A stretch of DNA of 25,546 bases, from the NCBI GenBank assembly GCA_016839785.1, contig JAEOTQ010000233.1:1-25546 (forward strand), read 5' to 3'. The notes beneath the pieces were generated by a model. The model searched no databases. It worked only from the letters and a program-made list of their open reading frames with translations, and had not been told where the DNA came from. Positions 7,042 through 16,752 of the stretch are shown here, in pieces (within the stretch, counting starts at the first letter, position 1; the number at the start of each line of letters is the position of its first letter). Source of the stretch: Candidatus Hodarchaeota archaeon. GTDB taxonomy: Archaea; Asgardarchaeota; Heimdallarchaeia; Hodarchaeales; Hodarchaeaceae. Both the position numbers and the translations under genes were made by a program.

Positions 7042-7260
7042 CGATTATAATTACTTACCCAGAAGAATAGAAATTATTTAAGTATTGTCTGATTAATGAA
7101 GTTGGAACGTCGTTAAGATTATTATTTGGAAAATCAAAATTTCTACTTGTTTTTATTGCTTTTGATATCAAGGCTACTAATAGAATGATGGTATGAAATC
7201 ATCAAATGATTCATTATTTATCAGGAAATTTACCTATTATCTGAGTTATTCTAGCATTTT

Positions 7261-7554
7261 TCACTCTGGATAAGCGAATGTAAGAAGCTCTTTAATATAA
7301 GCCTCAACGTTATGAACCAATCGCTCTTGTTCATCATTAAAATCCACTTGTAACAAACCATGTGAATGCCAAGTTAATTTGACATCATCTGATCGAAATA
7401 CCATAACCGTTGGAGTTGAGGCTAAAGTTTGATAAGAAATTTTTTCCAAATTGTGTTTTATTGTCCCTAATGAGAATTTCTTTGCTTGTTTAAAGGAAAT
7501 ATACCACCGGGATGGATTATTATCACAAATCTTAACAGAAAAATTGGGAGACAA
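7261..7554 (-). CDS. Hypothetical protein, 97 aa
   Basis: Intact ORF filling the intergenic gap, with an alpha/beta pattern, one N-terminal Cys and a TP-x-V...T-W-H-S-H-G-L-L-Q-V segment. TTG start. Confidence 0.65.
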   Translation of the reverse strand: MSPNFSVKICDNNPSRWYISFKQAKKFSLGTIKHNLEKISYQTLASTPTVMVFRSDDVKLTWHSHGLLQVDFNDEQERLVHNVEAYIKELLTFAYPE

Positions 7555-7798
7555 AATTTATACACTTCTCTTTGAAGACAATTTCAAGTTTTTAAAATAA
7601 TTATAGTCTAGTGTTCAGAATTCTTTCTATTCTGAGAACGATCATGAATGCTACAATTTTTCTAATTTTACAACACGATTTATGGAGATTTCAATTAATC
7701 ACTCACATTCTCACACCAATAATTCCTTATGTTTGAAATTTGTGTTGCGAAAATGTAGCGTTATCGGGTTTAAAGGATTTTCTTGGACTTTACATGTC

Positions 7799-8485
7799 AT
7801 GAAAGCTGTATGTTTAATATCTGGTGGTATTGATAGCCCAGTAGCTGCTCATATTGCAATAAAAAATGGATTTCAACCATTACTTCTCCATTATCATAAC
7901 TTTCCTTTTCATTCTTTTGGTACTTTGGAAAAAACCGTCACCCTAGCAAATCAAATTGCGAATCAAAACAGTTCTACCACGTTAAGTTTGTCTGTTATGA
8001 CTCATGGGAGAACTCAAGAGAAAATACTGAATGGACTTAAAGGTCGTGAAATTCAGCAAACGTGTTTATTTTGTCGGATGCAGATGTTTTATAAGGCCCA
8101 AGTATTCGCGAATTTACGGGGAGTAGAGACCATTATCACAGGTGAAATAATGGGTGAGCAAGCAAGTCAAACACTTGAAAATCTACCTATGGTAACATCT
8201 AAGATTAAACTTCTAGCTCTCCGACCGTTGATTGGGTATAATAAGGAGGAAGTAGTGAATCTATCCAAGAAATGGGGGTATTATGAACTATCGATTCAGC
8301 CAGGTGGATGTTGTAGTATTAATCCACGATATCCTGAGACAAGGGGAAAAGCTGAGGTCCTTGATCCGATTTATAATCGACTGAAGGACCAATTGATAAC
8401 GATTTCTGAGTCAGAATTGGATTCTGTTGTTGATTTTAAGCTCCCAGTAAAGTTAGAAGATGTACTTGATGTCATAGAAACCTAG
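7799..8485 (+). CDS. thiI: ThiI-type PP-loop sulfurtransferase, catalytic domain only
   Basis: SGGIDSPVAA, CLFC, TGE..GEQASQTLENL and RPLIG..KEEVV...GYYELS...GCC. Start placed at ATG 7799, about 25 nt after TTTAAA; the ORF track extension from 7682 is not protein-like. Confidence 0.85.
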   Translation: MKAVCLISGGIDSPVAAHIAIKNGFQPLLLHYHNFPFHSFGTLEKTVTLANQIANQNSSTTLSLSVMTHGRTQEKILNGLKGREIQQTCLFCRMQMFYKAQVFANLRGVETIITGEIMGEQASQTLENLPMVTSKIKLLALRPLIGYNKEEVVNLSKKWGYYELSIQPGGCCSINPRYPETRGKAEVLDPIYNRLKDQLITISESELDSVVDFKLPVKLEDVLDVIET

Positions 8486-8640
8486 GAAAAGAAAAATTCT
8501 TTATTTTCACCTCTTGGGTCTCACTAACTCAATTCATTTCGAGGCATTATTTTTTTCCTTATGGCTATAAAGCGAATGATACTTCATTTATTAAGGCAAA
8601 TCCATTTTATAATATCTCAAATTTCTCGTTTTCGATTCCT

Positions 8641-9660
8641 ATGCGAATTTTAGTTACAGGCGCGAGTGGATTTATTGGAAAAGCTTTTGTTGAAGCTTTA
8701 ATTAAGGAACAGCCCGATCTAGAGATTTATTGTGCAGTTAGAAAATCTTCTAACATCGATGAACTGAAGTTACTAGGTTTTAAATTTACTGAATTCGATT
8801 TAACTAATACTGAAAACTTTTCAAAAGTTGTTGAGGGGATAGACTGTGTTGTCCATTTTGCAGCCAACTTTAATTTTTTGGCCTCAGAAGAGTCATTGTT
8901 TCAACAGAATGTACTCGCTACACAGAAGCTAGCGGAAGCTTGTATGAAAACAAATGTTAAACATTTTGTTTATTGTTCTACTACGGAAGCTATGGGAATA
9001 GTTATTGATGGTACAGAGAATTCTGACTATAATCCTGATGAGGTCTATGGTCGCAGTAAAATGGAGGCCGAAAAGGTATTAATTTCTATGAATAAACAGA
9101 ACCAGTTTCCAGTCACGATTGTACGTCCAACAGGAGTATTTGGTCCCGGAGATAGATATGTTTTCAAAGAAATGATCGAATCAATGGATAGAACTATAAT
9201 TAACAAGGTTTTTCCTACAGCTGCAAAATCCCTTCTTCATTTTACCTACATCGATGATATTATCCAAGGGATCATCAAAATAATTAATAATAGAACGAAG
9301 ACCATTGGAGAAATCTATATTCTAGCTTCCGACGAACCTCAGACATATCGACAAATTTTCACAACTATCGCTCAAAAACTTGGTCGGAGAACCCCTCTCT
9401 TTATTTCCCCATTTCCCCTATTTCTTGCACGGCCTTTTTGGCCATTTGTTGTAAAATTTTACCGTTGGAGAAAGTTTGGATACCCTTACGTGCCTAATGC
9501 ACTTAAAAAAATTCCAACAAGTCGAAATTACTTAAACTCTAAAGCTAGAAACGACTTAGCTTTCAATCCATGTGTCGACTTCGATACAGGAGTTGAAAGA
9601 ACAATTAATTGGATGAAAAAGAATAACCAAATAAAAGATCGATCTAAACAAAAGAAATAA
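8641..9660 (+). CDS. NAD-dependent epimerase/dehydratase (extended SDR, 3-beta-HSD-like)
   Basis: TGASGFIG Rossmann motif, YGRSK catalytic motif and RPTGVFGPGD. Confidence 0.88.
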   Translation: MRILVTGASGFIGKAFVEALIKEQPDLEIYCAVRKSSNIDELKLLGFKFTEFDLTNTENFSKVVEGIDCVVHFAANFNFLASEESLFQQNVLATQKLAEACMKTNVKHFVYCSTTEAMGIVIDGTENSDYNPDEVYGRSKMEAEKVLISMNKQNQFPVTIVRPTGVFGPGDRYVFKEMIESMDRTIINKVFPTAAKSLLHFTYIDDIIQGIIKIINNRTKTIGEIYILASDEPQTYRQIFTTIAQKLGRRTPLFISPFPLFLARPFWPFVVKFYRWRKFGYPYVPNALKKIPTSRNYLNSKARNDLAFNPCVDFDTGVERTINWMKKNNQIKDRSKQKK

Positions 9661-9773
9661 TCAAGACCAGATATGGTGTGAGCTATACTCTTTTTTTAAA
9701 TCCCCATCATAAGGATTTTAGGATTTATTTAATTTGGATTCTTCAAGCACCTCTAAGCTTCGGAGCGATTACT

Positions 9774-12251
9774 ATGAACAAAATAAATCCTATTCATTAT
9801 AATATTCATTTAGAGCCAGATTTATCAAATTTTAAATTCGAAGGATCAACTGATATAATTATTACTTCGAAAGGTCCTATTGATAACGTAGAACTAAACG
9901 TACACGAACTTGCGGTTTGGAAATGTCGCGTAAAAATGGAAGAGAAGTTCCTTGAGTGCACTTTCAACGTTAATCCTAAAAAACAACTACTCACAATAGA
10001 CTTACCAAAAGCGATGAGTGAGATTTCAGTTAAAATTGACTATATAGGTAAAATTAATAATCAATTGGTGGGTCTCTATCGAAGTAAATATGTCGAAGAT
10101 GATCAGGAAAAATTCATAGCAGTTACGCAATTTGAAGAAGATTATGCACGACAAGTGTTTCCTTGTTTTGATCATCCATCCAAAAAGGCAACATTTGATA
10201 TAGAATTCATTATCGATAAAAATCATTCAGGAATTGCAAACACACGTATTGAAACAGAAACCGATTTAGAGTATGATAAAAAGTTAATCAAGTTTAAAAC
10301 GACCCCAAAAATGTCGAGCTATTTGCTTTTCTTTGGGATCGGAGAATTTGAGTACCTTGAATCATCCTCGGAAGCTATTCGGTATCGAATTGCGACAACT
10401 CCAGGAAAAACACGATATGCTGAATACGCACTAGATTTTGGTCGAAAGAGTATCGAATTTGGAGAAAAATATACTGGGATTCCATTTCCAATTGATAAAC
10501 TGGATCAAATTGCAGTTCCCGATTTCGCATTTGGAGCGATGGAAAATTATGCTGCAATAACATACAGGGAAAATATACTCCTTGTATATCCTGGAATAAC
10601 CTCAAAAGCAGGAATTGAGAGAATTGCAGAAGTCATTGCTCATGAGGTGGCGCATCAATGGTTTGGAAATTTGGTTAGTCCTGCAGACTGGAAATATATA
10701 TGGTTAAATGAGTCGTTCGCCACACTATTCGGTTATGCTATAGCAGATCATTATCATCCTGAATGGGCGATTTGGGAAACTTTTCTAGTAGATGATGTTG
10801 ATTCAGCATTTGAACGGGACTCATTAATAGAAACTTTTCCTATTGAACTTCCAGGAAAGGATGAAGTTACAAAAATCACTGCAGCAACTGCTCCAATTAT
10901 CTATTCAAAAGGTGGAGCGATATTGCAAATGATACAAGGGTACTTAGGTGAAGAGAAATTTAAGAAAGGCATTCAATATTTCTTGAATAAACATAAATTC
11001 GAATGTGTAGAAAGTAGTGCTTATTGGCAAGGAATTGAAAATGCTACAGGAGAACCTATTTCCGATATGATGAAAACATGGATTTATCAATCTGGTTATC
11101 CTTTGTTGACCGTTCGTAAATCTGGTAATCATCTTTCGATTGAACAGAGTCGCTTTTCATATCTACCTAATTCATCAGAAAATCTGTGGATGATCCCCCT
11201 AACTATCACTTTCTATAAAGAAGCTCGATTGATTGAAACACAAAGACTGGTTTTCAACGAGAAATCAATGACAATTTCCTTACCAGAAGGTGTAACAGCT
11301 TACAAACTTAATTTTGAGCAATCAGGATTTTATCGAGTAAAATATGAAAAGACAAACCTACATGCGTTAGGAAAGTTGGTCAAACAGAAAATTTTATCAC
11401 CAAGAGATCGTTATGGTCTACATAATGATCTTTATGCCTTTGTCAGAAGTAAGGATTATTCTATAGACGATTATTTAGATTTTATGGAATATTATGCTGA
11501 AGAGAATGACTATTTACCACTTGTAGCCATGAGTGCAAACCTTGTCCATGCATTCAAAGTAATTGAATCTAGAAGAGAGCAAATCAGTACTCTCGGATTC
11601 AAGACTTTTTCGAAAATCCTGGAAATGATTGGCTATGAACCTCGAAAAGACGAACATCATAAGGTTACTAATCTTAGAAGATCATTATTAATGTCCAGTT
11701 TCCTATTTAATGATGAGGGTGTCGCTGAGTTTGGCAGAAAACAATTTTTAAACTATCTAGATGGTAAAAACGTTGAACCAGATATTTTGTCTCCAATTAT
11801 GCGGATAGGAGCAGCTCAATTACCAGAATCATATTCTTTTCTTAGAAAAAAGCTGGAAGAAGCAATCACCCCAGAACCAGAGAAAGTTAATATCCTGCAG
11901 GCTATTGCAAGCTTTGAAGATAAGGATATAATTCACGAAGCTTTGGAATATGTTCTTGAACAAGTTCCCCTTGGGAACAGGGTCTACTCTTTAAGAGTCG
12001 TATCTCAGAATTTATCGTTTGTTGATGATCTCTGGGACTGGTTCTTGGAAAATCGTGAGCGATTAGAAAAACTACATCCTACCCACTTTGAGAGCGTAAT
12101 AAGTGGGGTAGTTTCACTTTCTGGCTTGAGTAAAGTGTCAGAAGTGAGTTCGTATCTTAAATCATATATGAAAGAGAATCAACTGGTTGCGGACACAATA
12201 AAAATGACCTTAGAAAGATTGGAAATTAATTCCCGTCTCCAAAAATCCTAA
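9774..12251 (+). CDS. M1 family zinc aminopeptidase (puromycin-sensitive / tricorn-interacting factor type)
   Basis: TQFE, FPCFD, GAMEN, HEVAH-x18-E and IYSKG, plus an ERAP1-like helical C-terminus. Start placed at ATG 9774 (MNKINP). Confidence 0.93.
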   Translation: MNKINPIHYNIHLEPDLSNFKFEGSTDIIITSKGPIDNVELNVHELAVWKCRVKMEEKFLECTFNVNPKKQLLTIDLPKAMSEISVKIDYIGKINNQLVGLYRSKYVEDDQEKFIAVTQFEEDYARQVFPCFDHPSKKATFDIEFIIDKNHSGIANTRIETETDLEYDKKLIKFKTTPKMSSYLLFFGIGEFEYLESSSEAIRYRIATTPGKTRYAEYALDFGRKSIEFGEKYTGIPFPIDKLDQIAVPDFAFGAMENYAAITYRENILLVYPGITSKAGIERIAEVIAHEVAHQWFGNLVSPADWKYIWLNESFATLFGYAIADHYHPEWAIWETFLVDDVDSAFERDSLIETFPIELPGKDEVTKITAATAPIIYSKGGAILQMIQGYLGEEKFKKGIQYFLNKHKFECVESSAYWQGIENATGEPISDMMKTWIYQSGYPLLTVRKSGNHLSIEQSRFSYLPNSSENLWMIPLTITFYKEARLIETQRLVFNEKSMTISLPEGVTAYKLNFEQSGFYRVKYEKTNLHALGKLVKQKILSPRDRYGLHNDLYAFVRSKDYSIDDYLDFMEYYAEENDYLPLVAMSANLVHAFKVIESRREQISTLGFKTFSKILEMIGYEPRKDEHHKVTNLRRSLLMSSFLFNDEGVAEFGRKQFLNYLDGKNVEPDILSPIMRIGAAQLPESYSFLRKKLEEAITPEPEKVNILQAIASFEDKDIIHEALEYVLEQVPLGNRVYSLRVVSQNLSFVDDLWDWFLENRERLEKLHPTHFESVISGVVSLSGLSKVSEVSSYLKSYMKENQLVADTIKMTLERLEINSRLQKS

Positions 12252-13489
12252 CTTTCCCCCTCTTTTTTCATTTTATTCTCTAAGAATGATTTGATTTGTG
12301 ATTTATGATTCCCTAATACCATAATATGATGGTTAGCTAATGATTCGTTAAGAAAATAGTCCACTGAATCCGAAAATTGTATTTCTACTTGAGTACGACA
12401 ACATTCTTCATGGACATGGTTTTTAATAATGGATCCAGTCGAAATATACCATTCTGTTAATGAATTTCCTCCTACTTTGAGGATTGTAACAGTTTTGCCG
12501 ACCTCGAAAACTCCTCTAAAGGCAACTCCCTTTTTGGATTCATAGTGAGAATATATATCATAATCTTCTGTCATTTCGAGTGGGACGGTACAATGAGAAA
12601 GGATCGCCGTCTTGGTTGTTGAATTAACTGAAGTGACATTCGCCATAAAACTAGGTTGGTCAACTAAAAGCTTTATTAAAATCATGGAGAAGGTTGATGG
12701 TAGATCTCCTTCGCAGCCTGCAACCAAACCAACATCATTAAAATAGGAAAGGGCAAAGCAAGCAGTTGATTCTGTTTGTTGAATTATTGAAAAACACTCA
12801 ATGGAAAAAGCATCTAGGGTGTATTCAAGTTGAATTTCTTTTAAGGCACTTGCTAATAATTGAGCTTCTTTTAGCTGTTGAGATGAACGATAGACTTTTC
12901 GTGCATTTTGAACGATCTTTTGGCCGTGAGCATATATTTCCGAACCGATTTCATTTGAAAATTTCTCAATTACTTTTGAAATTGGGATCTGAATGATTTC
13001 AAGGCCCCAAGTATGTTTTACAGCCATTTCATTAATATTTGAGGCTATAAGCCATTCTGATGGATTTCCGATTAATCCAAGGCGAAAAGACTGTAGTTTT
13101 TTACTCACAGAAGAAAATCTTATTTCTTGATCTAATGTATTCGCAAGATTTTCAATTGTATCGTGTATGATTTTTGTATAAGTACCAGTTTCTTCTAAAT
13201 ACCTCCGAATTTCCATAGCTGCAGGAAGTGAATTACTCAAGTTATGGCTCACTAGATTTGGATACGTTCTTGGTTGAATTTTGTTAAGAAACTGAATGAC
13301 GGAGTTTTCTGTTCCACCAGTTCCTATAAAAATCCAAATATTTGTTTCCTTTTGTTCCTCTTCAGAAATTTCAAGATAAATATCAGGTTCGACACTATTC
13401 CATCCTCCTTTTTTTAATACTGTAAGAATTAGTTCATTATTTGACTTATCAGAAATAGGGGAGAAGAAGGGAATTAATACATTTTTCAT
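12248..13489 (-). CDS. L-fucose/L-arabinose isomerase family protein
   Basis: ECF, GCEGD, HCTVP, CRTQ and NHH motifs of short fucose-isomerase-like proteins. Substrate unknown. Confidence 0.72.
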   Translation of the reverse strand: MKNVLIPFFSPISDKSNNELILTVLKKGGWNSVEPDIYLEISEEEQKETNIWIFIGTGGTENSVIQFLNKIQPRTYPNLVSHNLSNSLPAAMEIRRYLEETGTYTKIIHDTIENLANTLDQEIRFSSVSKKLQSFRLGLIGNPSEWLIASNINEMAVKHTWGLEIIQIPISKVIEKFSNEIGSEIYAHGQKIVQNARKVYRSSQQLKEAQLLASALKEIQLEYTLDAFSIECFSIIQQTESTACFALSYFNDVGLVAGCEGDLPSTFSMILIKLLVDQPSFMANVTSVNSTTKTAILSHCTVPLEMTEDYDIYSHYESKKGVAFRGVFEVGKTVTILKVGGNSLTEWYISTGSIIKNHVHEECCRTQVEIQFSDSVDYFLNESLANHHIMVLGNHKSQIKSFLENKMKKEGES

Positions 13490-13870
13490 TGAAATATCTC
13501 AACCTAACAAAAATGGTATTAAATTAGTCTAAACATTTTATGATTGTAAATTTCTACTCTATAGTTGGATTGAAAAGTCTTTAGTCTCATTGCATTTAAT
13601 AAATGCCGTTATGATATCTAAAAAGGCTGGTCTCAATTCTTGACTGTTTCTGGCCTAAATTCTGATTGGTTCTCCCATTAATTGGTTTATATGAAGTAAT
13701 TTCAATAAAGACGGAAAGATTATATAATCAAAAATTAAGCAAATCTTGATTTCTTTTAGAAGATGAACTGAGAGAGATTTCCTTGTCTTACGTTTGAGTG
13801 ATGTAAGAAAAAGGTCGGTTTCATAAAAACAAATGTATTGTAACAAAAATCATCCAATGGAGAAATTAAA

Positions 13871-15085
13871 ATGAAAAAAATGAGATTAATTGCAATATCA
13901 GTCATTCTTTTGATGGCAGTTGTCCCACTGTCAACTCTTTCCTCTGCAAATATTACAGAGGTGAAGCAGGTTAACAAAGTGGAGAGTACGACTGCCGATG
14001 TGAAGAAGATACACATTATTTTTGCTACGGGCGGACTTGGCGATAAATCATTCAATGATGCAGCCTTCCGCGGGTATGAAGCAGCTAATGCGACTACTTG
14101 GGCATCCAATTTCACACTCGACTATGTTGAACCAGAAAAAGTACCAGAGTTTGCGGATTATCAGAAAGCTGCGGCTACAAAAGCTGTGAAATATGATCAA
14201 ATTATATGCATCGGTTTCCTTCAGCTAACAGCTTTAAATACAACGGCTCATGATTATCCAGACCAAAATTTTACTTTAGTAGATGATGTGGTGAACACAA
14301 CTGCATATCCTCAGGGATTACCAAATGTTCGGTCTGTACTTTTCCATGAGGAGGAATCAGCATTCCTTGTCGGTGCAATGGCGGCTATGACAACACAAAC
14401 AGGAAAAGTTGCTTTTCTAGGCGGTTTGGAAATATACCTGATCAATAAATTTCTTGCAGGATACGAACAAGGAGTACATTATGTCAATAGTAGTATAGAA
14501 GTTTCTGCTATGTTTAGTCCAGATCCAACGACTCCTTGGACTGATACCACAGGTGGAAAAAATGCTGGTAAAGCACTTCTGAACAAAGATAATGATGTTA
14601 TCTTTGCTGCTGCTGGTGGGACAGGTTATGGTGTTTTCCAAGCAATTAACGAAACAGATGATGCCTATGGTATTGGCGTCGACAGCGATCAAGATGATCT
14701 TGCCAAAGGTAAGATTCTTTGTTCAATGTTGAAGTTAGTAGAAACAGCGACTTTTAATGCAATTAGAGACACGGTATTTGGCAACTGGACAGGCGGAGAA
14801 ACCATTAGACTCGGATTAGAAGAAAATGGTGTCGGAATCAGCCCAATGACTTACACACAATCAATAAAAAACGGTAATTATGAATTCAATGGTGTAACAA
14901 AAACCCGCTGGGAATGGGTTCAAATATTCAGAGAGCAAATCATTAATGGTACTATTTCTGTATCTGAGTATCCTGATTGGACTAAAATTCAGAAAGAACA
15001 GTTAGCTACACCTGGTTTTGAAGGATTTTTCGCTGTTTTATTACTATTCGGGCTAGCGGCAATCCAGATTAAACGAAGAAAATAA
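13871..15085 (+). CDS. BMP/PnrA-family ABC substrate-binding protein (nucleoside-type) with C-terminal PGF-type anchor
   Basis: GGLGDKSFN, F.EEESAFLVG, DVIFAAAGGTG and GIGVDSDQ. Signal peptide without a lipobox Cys. C-terminal TPGFE-TM-KRRK. Confidence 0.92.
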   Translation: MKKMRLIAISVILLMAVVPLSTLSSANITEVKQVNKVESTTADVKKIHIIFATGGLGDKSFNDAAFRGYEAANATTWASNFTLDYVEPEKVPEFADYQKAAATKAVKYDQIICIGFLQLTALNTTAHDYPDQNFTLVDDVVNTTAYPQGLPNVRSVLFHEEESAFLVGAMAAMTTQTGKVAFLGGLEIYLINKFLAGYEQGVHYVNSSIEVSAMFSPDPTTPWTDTTGGKNAGKALLNKDNDVIFAAAGGTGYGVFQAINETDDAYGIGVDSDQDDLAKGKILCSMLKLVETATFNAIRDTVFGNWTGGETIRLGLEENGVGISPMTYTQSIKNGNYEFNGVTKTRWEWVQIFREQIINGTISVSEYPDWTKIQKEQLATPGFEGFFAVLLLFGLAAIQIKRRK

Positions 15086-15106
15086 GCATATTAATCGCCC
15101 CCCTCC

Positions 15107-15118
15107 TTTTTTTTTTTT
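15107..15118 (+). terminator. Oligo-T (T12) intra-operon terminator after the binding-protein gene
   Basis: C-rich tract followed by 12 T, 21 nt after the stop; typical archaeal termination signal. Confidence 0.55.
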
Positions 15119-15156
15119 AAAATTTTAATGAACAAATGAATTCTCCAATTTTGTAG

Positions 15157-16743
15157 GTGTCTTTCTTGTTGAAATCAATGAGTGAATCAGAAACAATTCA
15201 TAATGAAACCTTTGCTATTGAAATGATGAACATTACGAAAACATTTCCCGGTGTTCTAGCTAATGACAATATTACTTTATCTATAAGACAAGGGGAAATT
15301 CATGCGTTATTAGGGGAGAATGGTGCTGGAAAAACGACCTTAATGAATATTCTTTATGGGCTTTATAAATTTGATGATGAGAATAGTAAAATCCTGATTG
15401 AAGGCCAAGAAGTTTCAATAAAAGAACCTCTTGATGCGATGTCACTTGGAATTGGTATGGTACACCAACATTTTATGCTTATCCCAATAATGTCTGTGGC
15501 TGAAAATGTCATTCTTGGTTCTGAACCCACAATTAATGGATTACGTTTAAAATCATCAGAAATTCGTGATGAAGTACTAAAAATTTCACGGGAATATGGA
15601 TTAGAGGTAAATCCTGATTCGATTATTGAAAATCTTCCTGTTGGTGTTCAACAGAGAGTCGAAATTATTAAAATTCTTTATCGTGGTGCAAACATTCTAA
15701 TTATGGATGAACCAACTGCAGTATTAACCCCTCAAGAAGTGCAGGAGTTCTTCAAAACTCTTAAGGAGCTTAAGCGCCAGGGAAAAACAATTATCCTTAT
15801 TACTCACAAATTAAAAGAACCTATGGCGCTAGCTGATCGGATAACTGTTTTACGGAGAGGTAAAAAAATTGGTACAGTTAATAGAGAAGACACCTCCCCA
15901 GAAAAACTTGCAGAAATGATGATAGGTCGAAAATTAGCCGAATTTCAAAAATCTCACATAGTAACAGGTAATCCTGTTTTAGAAATACAAAATTTATATG
16001 TAGAGGATAATAGAGAGCAATTAGCAGTCAAAGGAGTCACTTTAACTATCCACGCGGGTGAAATTGTTGGAATTGCTGGAGTGGTGGGAAATGGCCAGAA
16101 AGAGTTAGCAGAAGCAATTTCAGGATTACGAAAGGTTCAGAGTGGAGAAATACGATTATTAAATACACCTATTACTAATAAAAACCCTCAATCTATCTAC
16201 GATCAAGGTTTAGCCTACATTCCAGAAGATAGAAACAAATCGGGTTCTATAGGGGAATTCTCAATTGCTGAAAATTTAATTATCGGAATCCACCACCATA
16301 AAAAATGGTTTTATCAGAATAAGTACTTATCGCGATTTATAAACTGGAATAAGGTATATTTGGAATCAAATAAATTAATTCAACAGTTCGATATTCGCAC
16401 CCCGTCTGTTCTAAATAAAATTCATTCCTTAAGTGGTGGAAACGTTCAAAAAGTTATTGTTGCTCGGGAAATATCGAAAGATCCGACGCTGATAATTGCT
16501 TCTCAACCAACTCGGGGATTAGATGTTGGAGTAATTGAATATGTACATCAAAGGCTTTTGGAACTACGTGATTCTGGAAAAGCCGTTTTATTAATTTCAA
16601 GCGAACTAGATGAAATTTTAACCCTTTCTGATCGAATAGCAGTCATTTTTGAAGGAAAAATTATTGCTTTTGAGGATCCAGAGACAACAAATGAAATAAG
16701 GCTTGGTTTATTGATGGCTGGACATCAAGATAAGTCCAATTAA
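15157..16743 (+). CDS. Sugar/nucleoside (CUT2) ABC transporter ATP-binding protein, two NBDs
   Basis: Walker A GENGAGKTT, Walker B IMDEPT, degenerate second Walker A GVVGNGQ, LSGGNVQK and QPTRGLD. Alternative start at ATG 15178. Confidence 0.95.
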   Translation: MSFLLKSMSESETIHNETFAIEMMNITKTFPGVLANDNITLSIRQGEIHALLGENGAGKTTLMNILYGLYKFDDENSKILIEGQEVSIKEPLDAMSLGIGMVHQHFMLIPIMSVAENVILGSEPTINGLRLKSSEIRDEVLKISREYGLEVNPDSIIENLPVGVQQRVEIIKILYRGANILIMDEPTAVLTPQEVQEFFKTLKELKRQGKTIILITHKLKEPMALADRITVLRRGKKIGTVNREDTSPEKLAEMMIGRKLAEFQKSHIVTGNPVLEIQNLYVEDNREQLAVKGVTLTIHAGEIVGIAGVVGNGQKELAEAISGLRKVQSGEIRLLNTPITNKNPQSIYDQGLAYIPEDRNKSGSIGEFSIAENLIIGIHHHKKWFYQNKYLSRFINWNKVYLESNKLIQQFDIRTPSVLNKIHSLSGGNVQKVIVAREISKDPTLIIASQPTRGLDVGVIEYVHQRLLELRDSGKAVLLISSELDEILTLSDRIAVIFEGKIIAFEDPETTNEIRLGLLMAGHQDKSN

Positions 16744-16752
16744 GAATTAAAG

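Noticed and set aside
7682-7798. N-terminal extension of ThiI in the ORF track
   Set aside because: Not THUMP-like and overlaps the inverted repeat and TATA box. ATG 7799 matches the domain start.
7799-8485. QueC call for the PP-loop protein because queD is nearby
   Set aside because: SPVAA, ASQTLENL and RPLIG motifs are ThiI-specific, and the QueC C-terminal zinc-binding Cys cluster is absent.
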